A stretch of 64,000 bases of DNA, from the NCBI RefSeq assembly GCF_001194135.2, contig NC_068988.1:28477387-28541386 (forward strand). The letters are read 5' to 3'. This DNA comes from Octopus bimaculoides (lineage: Eukaryota). Below are positions 36,429 through 49,052 of the stretch, piece after piece. Positions within the stretch are counted from its first letter, which is position 1, and each line of letters starts with the position of its first letter. The notes under the pieces are model-generated. The model saw only the letters and a program-made list of their open reading frames with translations. It was not told the origin of the DNA and made no database searches. The position numbers and the translations under genes are program-made.

Positions 36429-36985
36429 CTGTAAGATATAGAATATATTGTTGTAATGATTAACAGAAGCAAAAAGATGCCTGTTTTTTGAGGCTTTTCA
36501 TTTGATTACCTCTATACGTACATATGTACACACACACACACATACACGCGTGCACACACATGCACTGGGATTCAGACAATCATAATGGTGAAATGTGTGT
36601 AGGAACCATAGTATAAACTCATGTTTATCCTCACACATACATAGACTTCAAATTTTGGCACAGGGCTAGCAATTACAGGAGAAAGGGTAAGTCGATTACA
36701 TCAACCCCCAGTACTCAACTGGTACTTATTTTATCGACCTTGAAAGGGTAAAAGGCAAAGTCAACCTCAACAGATTTGAACTTAGAACATAAAGATGAAC
36801 AAAATACTGCTAAGTATTTTACCTGGCATGTTAACGATTCTGCCAGTTCATTGCCTCTATATATACACACATATATATCGTTGGGAGAATAAATGTCATT
36901 TGTATGTGGAGTGGGGGGCAGAAGAAATAAGGAAAATAAAAGAAAAGAAAGAAAAAAAGATTTTGAATGAAAGCAAAGCACCTAC

Positions 36986-37047
36986 CTTATTTGCTGCAGC
37001 ATATCAACAGCAACAGCATAACACTGATCTCGGATCTCAGACAGTTT
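36986..37047 (-). CDS. ALS2: Alsin exon, start of VPS9 (KLSEIRDQCYAVAVDMLQQI)
   Basis: cattgcag/gtaggt; matches KDACFASAVECLQQI. Confidence 0.94.
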
Positions 37048-37813
37048 CTGCAATGGATAAGCCACACAAATAATAATCCACAGACAACAAAGCTGACCAA
37101 ATACAAACTGAGGAATATTTAGGTTATCACTGAAATCATCTGAGACCTGAAAAAAGCAGACTGAAGGCAAGGCCTTGTGGTTAAACAGTTCACTTCACAG
37201 TCATATGGTTCTGAGTTTGACCCTACTGTGTGACACACCTTAGACAAGTTAGTTCCTTCCACCACAGTCACAAGTCAAACCAAGCCGTGTGACTGAAATT
37301 AAAGAGATGGAGACTATGTATAGGTCTGTGGAACTGTGCCTCCTCTTGAGTGGTACAGTGTGCAACAGAAATACCTCTTTTATTTTACATGGTTATTTGT
37401 CTGGTATTAATGAAGTTCAACTGGTGGTAACAATGTCTTCATGGAGTTAATGCTTCACCAGTTCTTTTTGCTTTGCTTTTGTTTTATTGTTTTGCTTGTA
37501 ACATCTCAACCTTTTTACTATCTTTCATTCACCAGATTCCAAACAAACCATTTTATATTACACCTAATTCTTTTTCTTTAGATCTGCAACTCTTTTGATC
37601 TCGTCCTTGCCATGCTCACATTTTCACCAACATTTCCCCAACATTTCCCCTACATGTACAGAGATTCAGAGTGACCATCAACCTCTCCCCCTAACTGCAG
37701 AGGTCATGGGCACTGCATCCTTCCACCACCTTTGGAGAAAAGAAGAGAGGTCATCCAAAAAGTTTGATGTGCAAAAAGAAAGAAATATGAAAGAAATCAT
37801 GTTATGATCTTAC

Positions 37814-37859
37814 CTGTCTGTTACCTTGAAAGATTTTATCTTCAATTAACCAAAACTTT
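37814..37859 (-). CDS. ALS2: Alsin exon (KFWLIEDKIFQGNRQ)
   Basis: ttcttccag/gtaaga; KFW motif; phases fit. Confidence 0.9.
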
Positions 37860-39100
37860 CTGGAAGAAAATGTAAAATGAAAAGGATTACAATTCCCTTT
37901 ATGGAGTAAAAAGTAAGAAATAGGAAAAAACAAATTAAATTAAATATCATAAGTAATTTTAACATCTATTTAATTAATGTATTGTAAGTACCAGTTGCAT
38001 TGCACACTGGGGGTCAATATAATTAACTAACCCCTCCCCGAAAATTGCTGGCCTGGTGTCAAAATTTGAAACCAATATTATCAGGGTGGTGAACTGGCAG
38101 GCTTATTACAGCCTTGGAAAATGCTTTATAGTATTTACTTCAACTTTTCACATTCTGAGTTCAAATCCTGCTAGGGTCAGCTTAGCCTTTCATCTCTTTA
38201 GGGTCAAGTTCTGGGGTCAATGGTATTGGTTAACCACCTTTTCTCAAAATTTCTGCCTTGAAACTAAACAGCAACATCGTAACATCTTTGCTATCATAAC
38301 ACTCCACACCAACATCATAACTGTTTCAACAATACATGTAAATTTCTATCTGTGAGACTTGAGACTAACAGATTTGATCTTGTTTCAGAAGTGACACAAG
38401 CATGCAACACTGACAAGCTGCAACAATGAGGAAATACATATCTGTAGCTCTTGTAATCACTTAAAGGGTGATTTTAACTTTGCCTAGCTCTGAAGCATAG
38501 TGTTTTTTGTTTTTTTTTATACAGTATGTCTATAAAGGGACAAAAAACTGCAGCTTCTTGCTTTTCAATAACACACACATTAAACATCATCATCATCATC
38601 ATCGTTTAATGTCCGCTTTCCATGCTAGCATGGGTTGGACGATTTGACTGGGGACTGGCGAACCAGATGGCTACACCAGGTTCCAATCTGATTTGGCAGA
38701 GTTTCTACAGCTGGATGCCCTTCCTAATGCCAACCACTCCGTGAGTGTTCTGGGTGCTTTTTACGTGCCACCAGCACGAAGGCCAGTCCAGCGGTACTGG
38801 CAACAGCCACGCTCAAAATGGTGTTTTTTACGTGCCACCTGCACAGGAGTCAGTCCAATGTTTTGTTCACATGCCACCAGCACGAGTGCCAGTAAGGCGA
38901 AGCTGGAAACAATCGCGCTCAAATGGTGCTTTTTATGTGCCATGTTATATAAATGAAGATTTCACTCTAGAGTTGCTTCTATTGCATAATTCAAATTTTA
39001 TTCAATTACTTTAATTGTTCACAGGAAATTGAGAAAACATTGAAAAAAATAAAAACTGGGACATTGTCTAAAATGTCTGTATTGATGTGTATTTACTTAC

Positions 39101-39277
39101 TGGTCAATGCCGAGATAAGCCATTAGTGCCATATCTCCTTGGCGATTCAATTTCCAAACCCGCTCCCAATATTTTTCATCTTCCTTGTCATTGTAGAGAG
39201 CATACAGATCAAAAAGTGGTGGGTATATTTTGGGAAGCAACAGAGGATGTAGAAGACGAGCTGGCGTAACAACTTCA
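39101..39277 (-). CDS. ALS2: Alsin exon (EVVTPARLLHPLLLPKIYPPLFDLYALYNDKEDEKYWERVWKLNRQGDMALMAYLGID)
   Basis: gatttcag/gtaagt; matches LLPRLYPPLFMLYAL...YW...LN.Q.D.AL..FLG. Confidence 0.96.
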
Positions 39278-39620
39278 CTGAAATCAATATCAAAGTTCAA
39301 TAAATGAGATTGAAGTAAGGAGCAAGAAATTAGATAATACATTGAATAATATTTGGAGTTTATTTTATGAAGATTGGTTCCTTCAAGTGAGTCTCTGCAA
39401 GTAATTAGACATAGACTGAAGTCTCATACAATTACCAGGTCCCTTGATGTGCATCTAAATAAAGTTAGCAATCTGGTGGAGGATAGAATATATTCCATTA
39501 TATTTTCTTTTATATTTTTTTACTAGTTGAAACGCAGACTGATTTTTTGAGACATTTTGTGGGGGGAAAAAACATGCCTTATATGCCTTCAAATATGGTA
39601 CTTACACTATAATTCAAACA

Positions 39621-39792
39621 GGCACAGGAGCGGTTGTGTGGTAAATAGCTTGCTTACCAACCACATGGTTCCGGGTTCAGTCCCACTGCATGGCACCTTA
39701 GGCAAATGTCTTCTATTATAGTCTCGGGCCGACCAAAGCCATGTGAGTGGATTTGGTAGATGGAAACTGAAAGAAGCCTGTCGTATACATGC

Positions 39793-39826
<34 letters not shown>

Positions 39827-40034
39827 ATATGTTTGTGTGTCTGTGTTTGTCCCCCCAACATTGCTTGACAACCGATGGTGGCGTGTTTACATCCCCCGTA
39901 ACTTAGCAGTTCAGCAAAAGAGACTGATAGAATAAGTACTAGGCTTACAAAGAATAAGTTTTAGGGTCCATTTGCTCGACTAAAGGCAGTGCTCCAGCAT
40001 GGCCACAGTCAAATGACTGAAACAAGTAAAAGAG
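39621..40034 (+). mobile_element. Family B tRNA-derived SINE with CORE-like block and internal (TA)n/(TG)n microsatellite
   Basis: Head tggctgtgtggtaag...ggttcagtcccactg; ccttgggcaagtgtctt resembles the CORE domain. Copies about 8405-8800, 9200-9720(-), 14045-14590(-), 27675-28052(-), 42505-42830(-), 48244-48622, 51000-51870, 57110-57500(-), 57615-58045. Confidence 0.85.
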
Positions 40035-40157
40035 TAATAAGGTTGTTGTGGTAACTGAATCACTGAGAAGCTCAACGAGAGACCCATTCAATATATAAAG
40101 ATTTGATGGCAATTTTTAACAGTTTTGCAGAAGTAAATAAGTTGTGAAATAACTAAC

Positions 40158-40289
40158 CTCTCATCTGGATTGTCACCAACCATAAAGTCTTGTTCACTTA
40201 TTAGTTCACTATCCTCAGCAGGTGGGACTCTGTTGCAGCTGTAGATTCTTACTGGTTTTGAAGAGGAGGGCAGATCAGGAAATAAAATC
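40158..40289 (-). CDS. ALS2: Alsin exon (ILFPDLPSSSKPVRIYSCNRVPPAEDSELISEQDFMVGDNPDE)
   Basis: ttctgtag/gttagt; LFP.LP motif. Confidence 0.92.
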
Positions 40290-40608
40290 CTACAGAATAC
40301 AATTGATAGGTAGAGAGATAGAAATTAGACAAAAAAGAAAGAGAATAATTGGCATGGAGGAAGGGAAAAATCAAAGAGGGATGAAAATTAAAGGAAAGAA
40401 CTGCAGAGTGAAATACCGTATGACTTACCAAGTGAAATCATAGACATGGCTGATGCTGGTGTCACATCAATGGCACCTGTGCCGGTGCCACATAAAAAGC
40501 ACTTATTACACTCTTGGAGTGATGATCAGCGTCAACAGACATCCATCCATAAAACCAATACACACACACACGTACTGAGCAGTAGTACTAATATCAGACA
40601 CTGCTTAC

Positions 40609-40766
40609 CTGATAACCCTGTAGACTTTTTTAACGTAAGATTTGATTTCTTGAACAGCATGCAGCAACAGTCTGGGATGGGCTCCGATACCAATGTAGGC
40701 AGCCCTGAATACTTCCACCAACCCATCTATGAGCTTTCCAATGGGGTGGAATTTGGTGTCAAAAGC
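40609..40766 (-). CDS. ALS2: Alsin exon (AFDTKFHPIGKLIDGLVEVFRAAYIGIGAHPRLLLHAVQEIKSYVKKVYRVI)
   Basis: tcatttag/gtaagc; matches ACDTPLHPLGRL...YVGVGANRRLL..AV.EIKSY. Confidence 0.96.
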
Positions 40767-41128
40767 CTAAATGAAGAAGAGAAGAGTCAAATTGAACACA
40801 CCTTTTTTTTGTACAGAATATCAGAATAATTACCTATCTACAGACAAATGATTAACACATTTAGGAAATTATAGCATTGCTTACAATACTACTACTACTA
40901 CTACTACTACAAATAATCCTTTCTACTATAGTCACAAGGCCTGAAATTTGGAGGAGGGGGATAGTTGATTACATCAACCCCAGTACTCAACTGGTACTTA
41001 ATTTATTGACCCTGAAAGGATGAAAGGCAAAAGTTGACCTGAGCAGAATTGAATTCAGAATGTAGCAACGAGTGAAATACTGCTAAGCTTTTCGCCCGGC
41101 ATGCTAACGATTCTACCAGCTCACCACC

Positions 41129-41173
<45 letters not shown>

Positions 41174-41844
41174 TCTACTAAAGGCACAAGGCATGAAATT
41201 CTGGGGGAGGGGACTAGTTGATTGCATCAACCCCAGTGTTTCACCGGTACTTAATTTATCAAATCTGAAAGGATGAAAAACAAAGTCGACTTTGGCAGGA
41301 TTTGAACTCAGAACGTTAAGACAGACGAAGTGCTGCTAAGCATTTTGCCTGGCATGCTAACACTTCTGCCAGCCCACCACCTTAATAATAACAACAACAA
41401 CAATTTGCTCTCATACAATACCAGGCAGTGACTCTCATGACTTCTGATTTGGGGGTGGGGTGGTGGGTATTTGACTGGTACTTATTTTATTGAAGCCAAA
41501 AGGATGAAAGGCAAAGATGACCTTGGTGGAATTTGGACTCAGAATGTAAATGCCTGGGAAAAATGCCACTTAGCATTTTGTTTGGCATGCCAACAGTTCT
41601 GCTAGCTTTCTACCCTACTACTGCTGCTGCTACTTCTACTAACAATAACAACAACAACAGTAAATACTGCTGCTTCTACTACTACTACTGTTTCTAGTAT
41701 AGGTACAAGGTAAGGTGATGAGCTGGCAAAACCGTTAGCACATTAGACAAAATGCACCAATAAACACACTGAATTTTTTTTTTTATATATATATCTACCA
41801 ATGAATAACCAAACTGGAATTATTCAATAAAATATTTTACATAC

Positions 41845-41968
41845 CTTTGAGAGATAACTTGCAATTTTATGATAATATTCCACAGTCATTTTCCCTTCGG
41901 AATATGGAGGAATTTTCTCAAGTTCATCAAGAGTGCAAGACATTAGTCTAATTTTAGAAAGGGAGCAG
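41845..41968 (-). CDS. ALS2: Alsin exon (CSLSKIRLMSCTLDELEKIPPYSEGKMTVEYYHKIASYLSK)
   Basis: ttcttcag/gtatgt; matches TLESLEFIP...IRKYLIK. Confidence 0.92.
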
Positions 41969-42006
41969 CTGAAGAACAGAAACCAAACAATATTCAGATT
42001 AATTAA

Positions 42007-42226
42007 TCTTTTAGTATTCAGATTATTCCATCAAATGTAATGCTTATTAATTCACATCATTTTCAATTAATCATGTGTGATCTTGTAGTGTCAAGATTTC
42101 AATGATGTGATTCTTTATTATTCGAATGACATTGTAGGTTAGATGTGAAAGGTCAGATCTAGCTGGTTTGAACATAAAGCAGGAAGAATATTTGGGCCTG
42201 ATATGGCCGGTCTAAATGCTGAATAA
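42007..42226. mobile_element. Approximately 220-bp MITE, possibly piggyBac-type; other copies about 25970-26190, 33235-33465, 34293-34660
   Basis: TTAA on both flanks; degenerate inverted ends (ctttagcatt.aga...tctaaatgct.aa); shared body aatgacattgtagg/ctacaatgtcatt. Confidence 0.5.
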
Positions 42227-43528
42227 TTAAACAATGTAGAATAGTTTCTTGTTTAGAAATGTTGAAAAAATGAAGGAGTTGATATAAGGTTTAGAAAAAA
42301 AAAACAATGCAAAAATATAGAGAAACATATATATAGAGACCCCCCCCCCNNNNNNNNNNNNNNNNNNNNNNNNNNNNNNNNNNNNNNNNNNNNNNNNNNN
42401 NNNNNCCCACATTATACCTCTTTAATTGTGTGGACACTACTCTTTAGCACAATGCCCAGGTGGGTTAAATCATGAAAAACTGCATAAGGTATCTCATTAC
42501 TCTCTTTTACTCGTTTCAGTCATTTGACTGCGGCCAAGCTGGAGCACCGCCTTTAGTCGAGCAAATCAACCCCAGGACTTATTCTTTGTAAGCCTAGTAC
42601 TTATTCTATCGGTCTCTTTTGCCGAACCGCTAAGTTACGGGGACGTAAACACACCAGCATCACTTGTCAAGCGATGTTGGGGGGACAAACACAGACACAC
42701 AAACACACATATACGACGGGCCTCTTTCAGTTTCTGTCTACCAAATCCACTCACAAGCCTTTGGTCGGCCTGAGGCTACAGTAGAAGACACTTGCCCAAG
42801 GTGCCACACACTTGGACTGAACCCGGGTTACAGATTTAAATGCATCAAATGACATTATTTTGCATCTAGAAATAAATCTTTCAAAAACGATGACATCCAT
42901 TTACTTTTCAGATGTCTGTGTATATACGTATTAGTAGGAAATTCTAAATATATATCTATCTTTGTTTATCACAGGTATTTGATTAAAAAAAAAACAAAAC
43001 AACCATATTAAATGAATCAGAGATAAATGAATTATAGAACATATGGTAAAATAGGTTTTGTTCCTGATCCCAAGTTCTCCCTCTGACTTACCCAAATAAC
43101 ACCTCCAAACAGCTTTTAAACATGCATAATGATATTGTTTCATGTTTGGAAAAATATTTAGAGTAAAATTCAATAACATATGACCAGTAAATGATTAAAA
43201 AGTAACTGAAAAACATCATAAGAAGCAGAATTTTTGACTAATCACCGATCTGTGTTATCACAGATCAATTAGTGATAAGCATAAAATAGTTCACAATAGA
43301 GTGTATCATGTTATTCTGGATCAGTGATGAATGGATCAGTGATAAATAAGGATAAATGTATAACTCTTCTATTTCCATAGGTTTACATTATAACTGATTA
43401 ATGCCTTATAACTGATCAATACAAAATTCCACTAAAACAATGTACAATTTCACAGGGATTAAAATCTTATATATATTTGGATTTGGAGTAAATAAGACTA
43501 AAATAAGGTTGAAAATAGGATTACTCAC

Positions 43529-43702
43529 TTGTAGTCTTGGTCACTCAATGATTTCTTCCCACTGGAGATCATAACAGCTACAGCCTGCCAAGCTTTAGCT
43601 GGGTCTGGTTTGCCTTCTCCAGTGTAACCAAGCATAGCCTTGCAATGACTAAAGATATCTTCCCATTTACGGTCTGCTGGCACAGATAATGTACCGTAAG
43701 TT
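43529..43702 (-). CDS. ALS2: Alsin exon (TYGTLSVPADRKWEDIFSHC...AKAWQAVAVMISSGKK...)
   Basis: ttattatag/gtgagt; VPAD.KW..VF motif. Confidence 0.95.
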
Positions 43703-44198
43703 CTATAATAAAGAAGAATGGAAATAAGAAAGTTTTGAATCCCTTAATAACCAGCTCAAAAAAGCTTAGCTTCATTGTCATCATCATTTAACATCTGTTT
43801 TCCATCCTAGCATGGGTTGGATGGTTTGACAAGCATCTGTTGAGCTGCAGAGCTGTGTCAGACGCCATGCTAGCTTTGGTATGGTTTCTATGACTGGATG
43901 CCCTTCCAAATGCAAACCACTTTACAGTACATTCTAGGTGCTTTTTTGTGACATTGGTACTAATGAGGTCAGCAAGTAACTTGCAAGACAAAAGCGAAAA
44001 GGAAAAGGCCCCTTCAAATGGGTGGGTATATATTTGAAAGAGAGAGAGAGAATGAATTTTATGTCAGGTGTTGAAGGCTAAAAGTATGACAGAGGGACAC
44101 CACAAACTTCAATGAGGTAAGTAGCATGCGTACTGATTGTGTGAACGTGAGTAAATTGTTGATGTGAGTGACACTCACTGTAGCAATATCTCACTTAC

Positions 44199-44347
44199 TT
44201 TGAGTGGATCCCATAGGTAAGGTCTGCTTTCTTGACTGTCTCAGGAGGAAGATTTTTATGGAATGTAGCATTTACTTTGATGCCAACATTCCAAGAACCT
44301 GTGAAATGTCCTTCAAGACTATCCCCATTTGGTAGTCGTAATGTCCC
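44199..44347 (-). CDS. ALS2: Alsin exon (GTLRLPNGDSLEGHFTGSWNVGIKVNATFHK...)
   Basis: ttttttcag/gtaagt; matches GTLTMPNGDYIEGYFSGEW. Confidence 0.95.
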
Positions 44348-44360
44348 CTGAAAAAACGGA

Positions 44361-44408
<48 letters not shown>

Positions 44409-44619
44409 CCTTTCTACTAGAGGCACAAGGCCTGAAATTTGTGGGGAGGGGAATAGTTGATTACAGTGACCCCAATGTTTTATTGGTCCTTAATTTATTG
44501 ACCCAAAAGGATGAAAGACAAAGTCGACCGCAGCAAAATTTGAACTTAGAACGTAGTGGCAGACGAAATACCACTAAGCATTTTGCCTGGCGTACTAACG
44601 ATTCTGCCAGCTTGCTGCC

Positions 44620-44663
<44 letters not shown>

Positions 44664-44736
44664 CTGGAAGATCAGTGAATTGAGAAACCTAGATAGAAAA
44701 ACCAGAAAACTACTAACAGCGTAAATAATAATAATG

Positions 44737-44771
<35 letters not shown>

Positions 44772-45045
44772 GGAGGTGAAATAGAACCAGTGTGTGCACG
44801 CTTATTATTAGTATAATGACCCTTCTGAGATACAACAACAAAATTTTAAGTTGTTCTTATTTCAAGTTGTTGGCTATTTACAAATAAATAGATACATAGA
44901 TACAGCAACCCTATTAATATATACTGAACACCCTATATTTTGGTTCACAATACAGACACACAAATAGTTAATTCATTTCCTATAGAGAAACGTGATAAAT
45001 TTTCATCATAGGCTGATATAAAACATTTCAAAACGGTATACTTAC

Positions 45046-45123
45046 TTTACCATTTAGTTGAGTGATTCCAGAGAATTCACCTTCGTAGCAGCTGTCATCA
45101 TCAGTTAACATCAGTCCAAAACC
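45046..45123 (-). CDS. ALS2: Alsin exon, MORN (GFGLMLTDDDSCYEGEFSGITQLNGK)
   Basis: atttatag/gtaagt; YEGEFS motif. Confidence 0.94.
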
Positions 45124-45701
45124 CTATAAATAGATAAGTCAGGAATTAATGGAACATGTAACAACAATTCTGAAAATAAAATGTCGCTAAATTTTATATT
45201 TCTTTTTCTCATTTTTACTTTTGCACTAATTCTTCATTTGGGTAAAATAACTCTGAAAATTTGGGTACTTACACACATCCTCATCAATATCATTTAGTGT
45301 CTGTTTCCCATGCAGGTATGGTTGGACGGTGTGACCAGAGCTGCACCAGGCTCCAATTGTCTGTTTTGGCAAGGTTTCTATGGCTGGATGCCTTTGCTAA
45401 TACCAACCCCTTTACAGAGAGGACTGGGTGATTTTTACATGGTACTGGCATGGGTGCTTTTTACGTGGTGCCAGTACAGCAAATTAATAGCATTTTGCCA
45501 TCTATAAATTCTAAACAGTAGAGGTACAGGAGTGGCTGTGTGGTGAAGCTTTTGCTTCCCAACCATGTAATCTTGAGTTCAATCCCGCTGCATGGCACTT
45601 TGGACAAAGTGTCTTCTATGAAAGCCCTGGGCCTTGAGATGAAAGACTAATTGAAAAATTACCAGAGACCAAAGAGAAACTGCAAAAAAGGTGGTTCTTA
45701 C

Positions 45702-45811
45702 ACTGAGTTTTCCTTGGACAAAATTCCCCTCAAAATACATGCCGTCCAGAGTGACCACAATGCCACCACCATGTTTTTGGTCATCTTGCCACATTCCCAT
45801 ATATTTCTCAC
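45702..45811 (-). CDS. ALS2: Alsin exon, MORN (GEKYMGMWQDDQKHGGGIVVTLDGMYFEGNFVQGKLS)
   Basis: atttgaag/gtaaga; GEKYMGMWQDD is identical to alsin. Confidence 0.96.
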
Positions 45812-46936
45812 CTTCAAATAGATAAAAAAAAACATCATCATCATCAACAACACTGTTCATCATCATCATTTAACCCTTTCGTTTTATCATCATCATCATT
45901 TAGTGTCCATTTTCCATGCTGGCATGGATTGAACAGTTTGACGGGAGGTAGAATGGCTGTATTTAAGTGTTTGTTTACATTTGACCTTCAGTGAAAATTG
46001 TGAGCAACAAGCAGTGATGTTGTTGCCATTCCTCCTGTCAACACTTCATCTGCTGTCTTTCTGACTTCAAAGAAGTTTGAAATTGATCTCTTAATTAAAA
46101 AAAACACACAATCATTAGCATCCAGAAAGGTATCCAGCCGTAAAACAGGGGTCCTCAACCCTCTTTTTACTTATGGACCCCTTTGATTCCTGTTTTACTC
46201 TAATGGGCCTTCATTATCCAGTCAGTGTTTAAAAATGTCTCATTCATCATCATCATTTAACATCCGTTGTCCATGCTGACATGGGTTGGATGGTTTGACC
46301 AGGGTTGGTCAGATGGAAGGCTGCGCCAGGCTCCAGTCCGATTTGGCATGGTTTTCTACAGCTGGATGCCCTTCCTAACGCCAACCACTCCAAAAGTGTA
46401 ATGAGTGCTTCTCCATGCCACCGCCACAGGTGCCATTTGCATGACACCAGTATCTGCCATGACTGTGGTTTTGCTCGGCTTGATGGGACTTCTCAAGCAT
46501 GACATAATGCCAAAGGTCTTGGTCATTGCCTCTGTGAGGCCCAACACTCGAAAGGAACTCAGCCACTTTGCCTCTGTGAAGCCCAATGCTCAAAAGGAGC
46601 TCATTCACATCGCCTCCATGAGACCCAATGCTCAAAAGGTGCTTTTTACTTGCCAGTTACATGACACCAGCATCAGCCACAACTATGATTTCACTTGGCT
46701 TGACGGAATTAAATAAGAAAGAATTGTATGAAAAAATTGTTAAAATGTTTTGTATATTGCAGAAGTATAACCAGTTTATTGTAGATAAATGTTAACAACA
46801 AAATTTTATATGGACCTTCAAGGGCCATACGGACCCTGGTTGAGAACTACTGATCTAACCCATGCTAGCATAGAAAAACAGAGGTGAAAATGAATGAAAA
46901 ATATAAATAAATTATGTGAGAGTTAGTCATCCTTAC

Positions 46937-47103
46937 CTCGAAGTACATCATCTAATACTCCATATCCATTACGTTTGTCGGCCATCCATTCTCCTATGTA
47001 AACACTGGCAACACTGGACATGTGCTTACCCTGGCGCAAAACTCCATGCCCAAACTTTTGTCCATCTTTGAAATAACCCTGGTAGCGGTCTCCATTTGGA
47101 TAC
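46937..47103 (-). CDS. ALS2: Alsin exon, MORN (YPNGDRYQGYFKDGQKFGHG...YIGEWMADKRNGYGVLDDVLR)
   Basis: gattccag/gtaagg; two MORN repeats. Confidence 0.96.
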
Positions 47104-48074
47104 CTGGAATCATGCAAAATAAAATAGTCAATGAAGTAGAAACTTATTTATAGATGCTAAAAAATATATATATATATATATATACATTGGACACAGAAAC
47201 TCAGCTTGCGAAGACCTGTTGAAGCAAGTGAAAGAGAAATCGTGATGGCACATGTGCCGGTGGCACGTGTAAGGACATTCGAGCGAGATAGTTGCCAGTG
47301 CCGCTGGACTGGTTCCCGTGCAGGTGGCACATTAAAGACATCATTTTGAGCGTGGCCATTGCCAGTACTGCTTGACTGGCCTTTGTGCCGGTGGTACGTA
47401 AAAGCACCCACTACACTCTCGGAATGGTAGGCGTTAGGAAGGGCATCCAGCTGTAGAAACTCTGCCAAATCAGATTGGAGCCTGGTGTAGCCATCTGGTT
47501 CACCAGTCCACAGTCAAATCGTCCAACCCATCCTAGCATGGAAAGCAGATGTTAAACGATGATGATGATGATGATGATGATGATCAGCAGATTGCAGCTT
47601 GCCAAAAGGAGGAGGAAGTGTTTGTCTAATAATTTAATGTCCTTCTATGTTGGTGCAGGCATGACTGTGTACTGAAGAAGCTTGCTTTGCTACCATGTTG
47701 TTTAGGGTTCAGTCCCACTGTGTGACATCTTAGGCAAGTGACTTCTACTGTAACCCTGGGGCCAACAAATGCTTTGTGAATGAACTTGGTAGAAGGGAAA
47801 CTATGAAAGATTGTCATATAAATATGCATGTGTTTGTCTCCTCTGACCAACACCCACTTGACAATCAGGTTGGTCTGTTTACTGTAACTTAGCGACTAAG
47901 CAAAAGAAACCAACAGAATAAGTACAAAACTTAAAAACAAAAAAAATAAATTCTGGGTTGATTTGGTTGACTAAACATCTTCAAGGTGGTTCTCTAGCAT
48001 GGCCACAGTCTAATTATTGAAACAAGTAAAAAACTAGAAGATAAAGGATAAATTAAATAATTAAAATTACTTAC

Positions 48075-48167
48075 ATAACTGAGCCCAGCCCATTCATTTT
48101 GCCTTCTTTCCAGCAACCTTCATAGATTTCTTCAGAGTCTGATTTGGGTACAATATATTTTCCATTT
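48075..48167 (-). CDS. ALS2: Alsin exon, MORN (NGKYIVPKSDSEEIYEGCWKEGKMNGLGSV)
   Basis: tgtttcag/gtaagt; MORN consensus. Confidence 0.95.
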
Positions 48168-48986
48168 CTGAAACACAACACATATATTGATAAATAAATT
48201 TGAGAACCAAAAATAAATAAATAAATAAAAATAAAATAACATACGCAGGAGTGGCTGTGTGGTAAGTAGCTTGCTTACCAACCACATGGTTCCGGGTTCA
48301 GCCCCACTGCGTGGCACCTTGAGCAAGTATCTTCTACTATAGCCTCAGGCCGACCAAAGCCTTGTGAGTGGATTTGGTAGACGGAAACTGAAATAAGCCT
48401 GTCATATATATGTCGTATATATATATAAATGTATATATATATGTGTGTGTTTGTGTGTCTGTGTTTGTCTCCCCAACATTGCTTGATAACCAATGCTGGT
48501 GTGTTTACGTCCCCATAACTTAGCGGTTCGGCAAAAGAGACCGATAGAATAAGTACTAGGCTCGACTAAAGGTGGTGCTCCAGCATGGCCGCAGTCAAAT
48601 GACTGAAACAAGTAAAAGAGTGATCTGGGTTGAGCAGCTTGAGGTTTCAAGGTGTACATGTGTGTGTGTATGCATGCATACATATATTTGTATATGTTTG
48701 TATGTAATGTATGTATGCACACGTGTGTTTCACAAAATGCATTTGTTCAGGTTTTTGTTCAAAAACTTGAACGAGTGTTTTTTCTTATTTTTGATGAAAC
48801 TCAAAGTATCTACAAAATTAATCATTTTCTCTTTTCTCAACACCAAACACACTTGACTATTTTTTATCTCAGCTCTTAAAGAGTTCAACAAATTTTCTGT
48901 TTTATTATTACCTGGACACTACTCTAGGAACAAACAAAATTTTCTACAGAACACATATACCTTGGTACATTTTTACAATTACTTAC

Positions 48987-49052
48987 CCATGCTGTAAGCC
49001 ATTCTTAAATTTTCCAATATAACGTCTTCCATCAGGCCATTTCATCTCACCA
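48987..49052 (-). CDS. ALS2: Alsin exon, MORN (GEMKWPDGRRYIGKFKNGLQHG)
   Basis: ctcttccag/gtaagt; MORN consensus. Confidence 0.96.

Noticed and set aside
37814-37830. Alternative donor AAG|gtaaca 11 nt upstream in the small ALS2 exon
   Set aside because: It would frameshift before VPS9; the downstream CAG|gtaaga fits both phase and consensus.
46530-46640. CRISPR-like regularly spaced repeats (also 60770-60920 and the 60-bp units in family C)
   Set aside because: The units are contiguous tandem repeats without unique spacers, inside a eukaryotic retroposon; no cas genes.
47094-47103. GTATCC at the start of an ALS2 exon on the minus strand
   Set aside because: It is coding sequence (Y-P codons) followed by AAAT, not a U12 donor.
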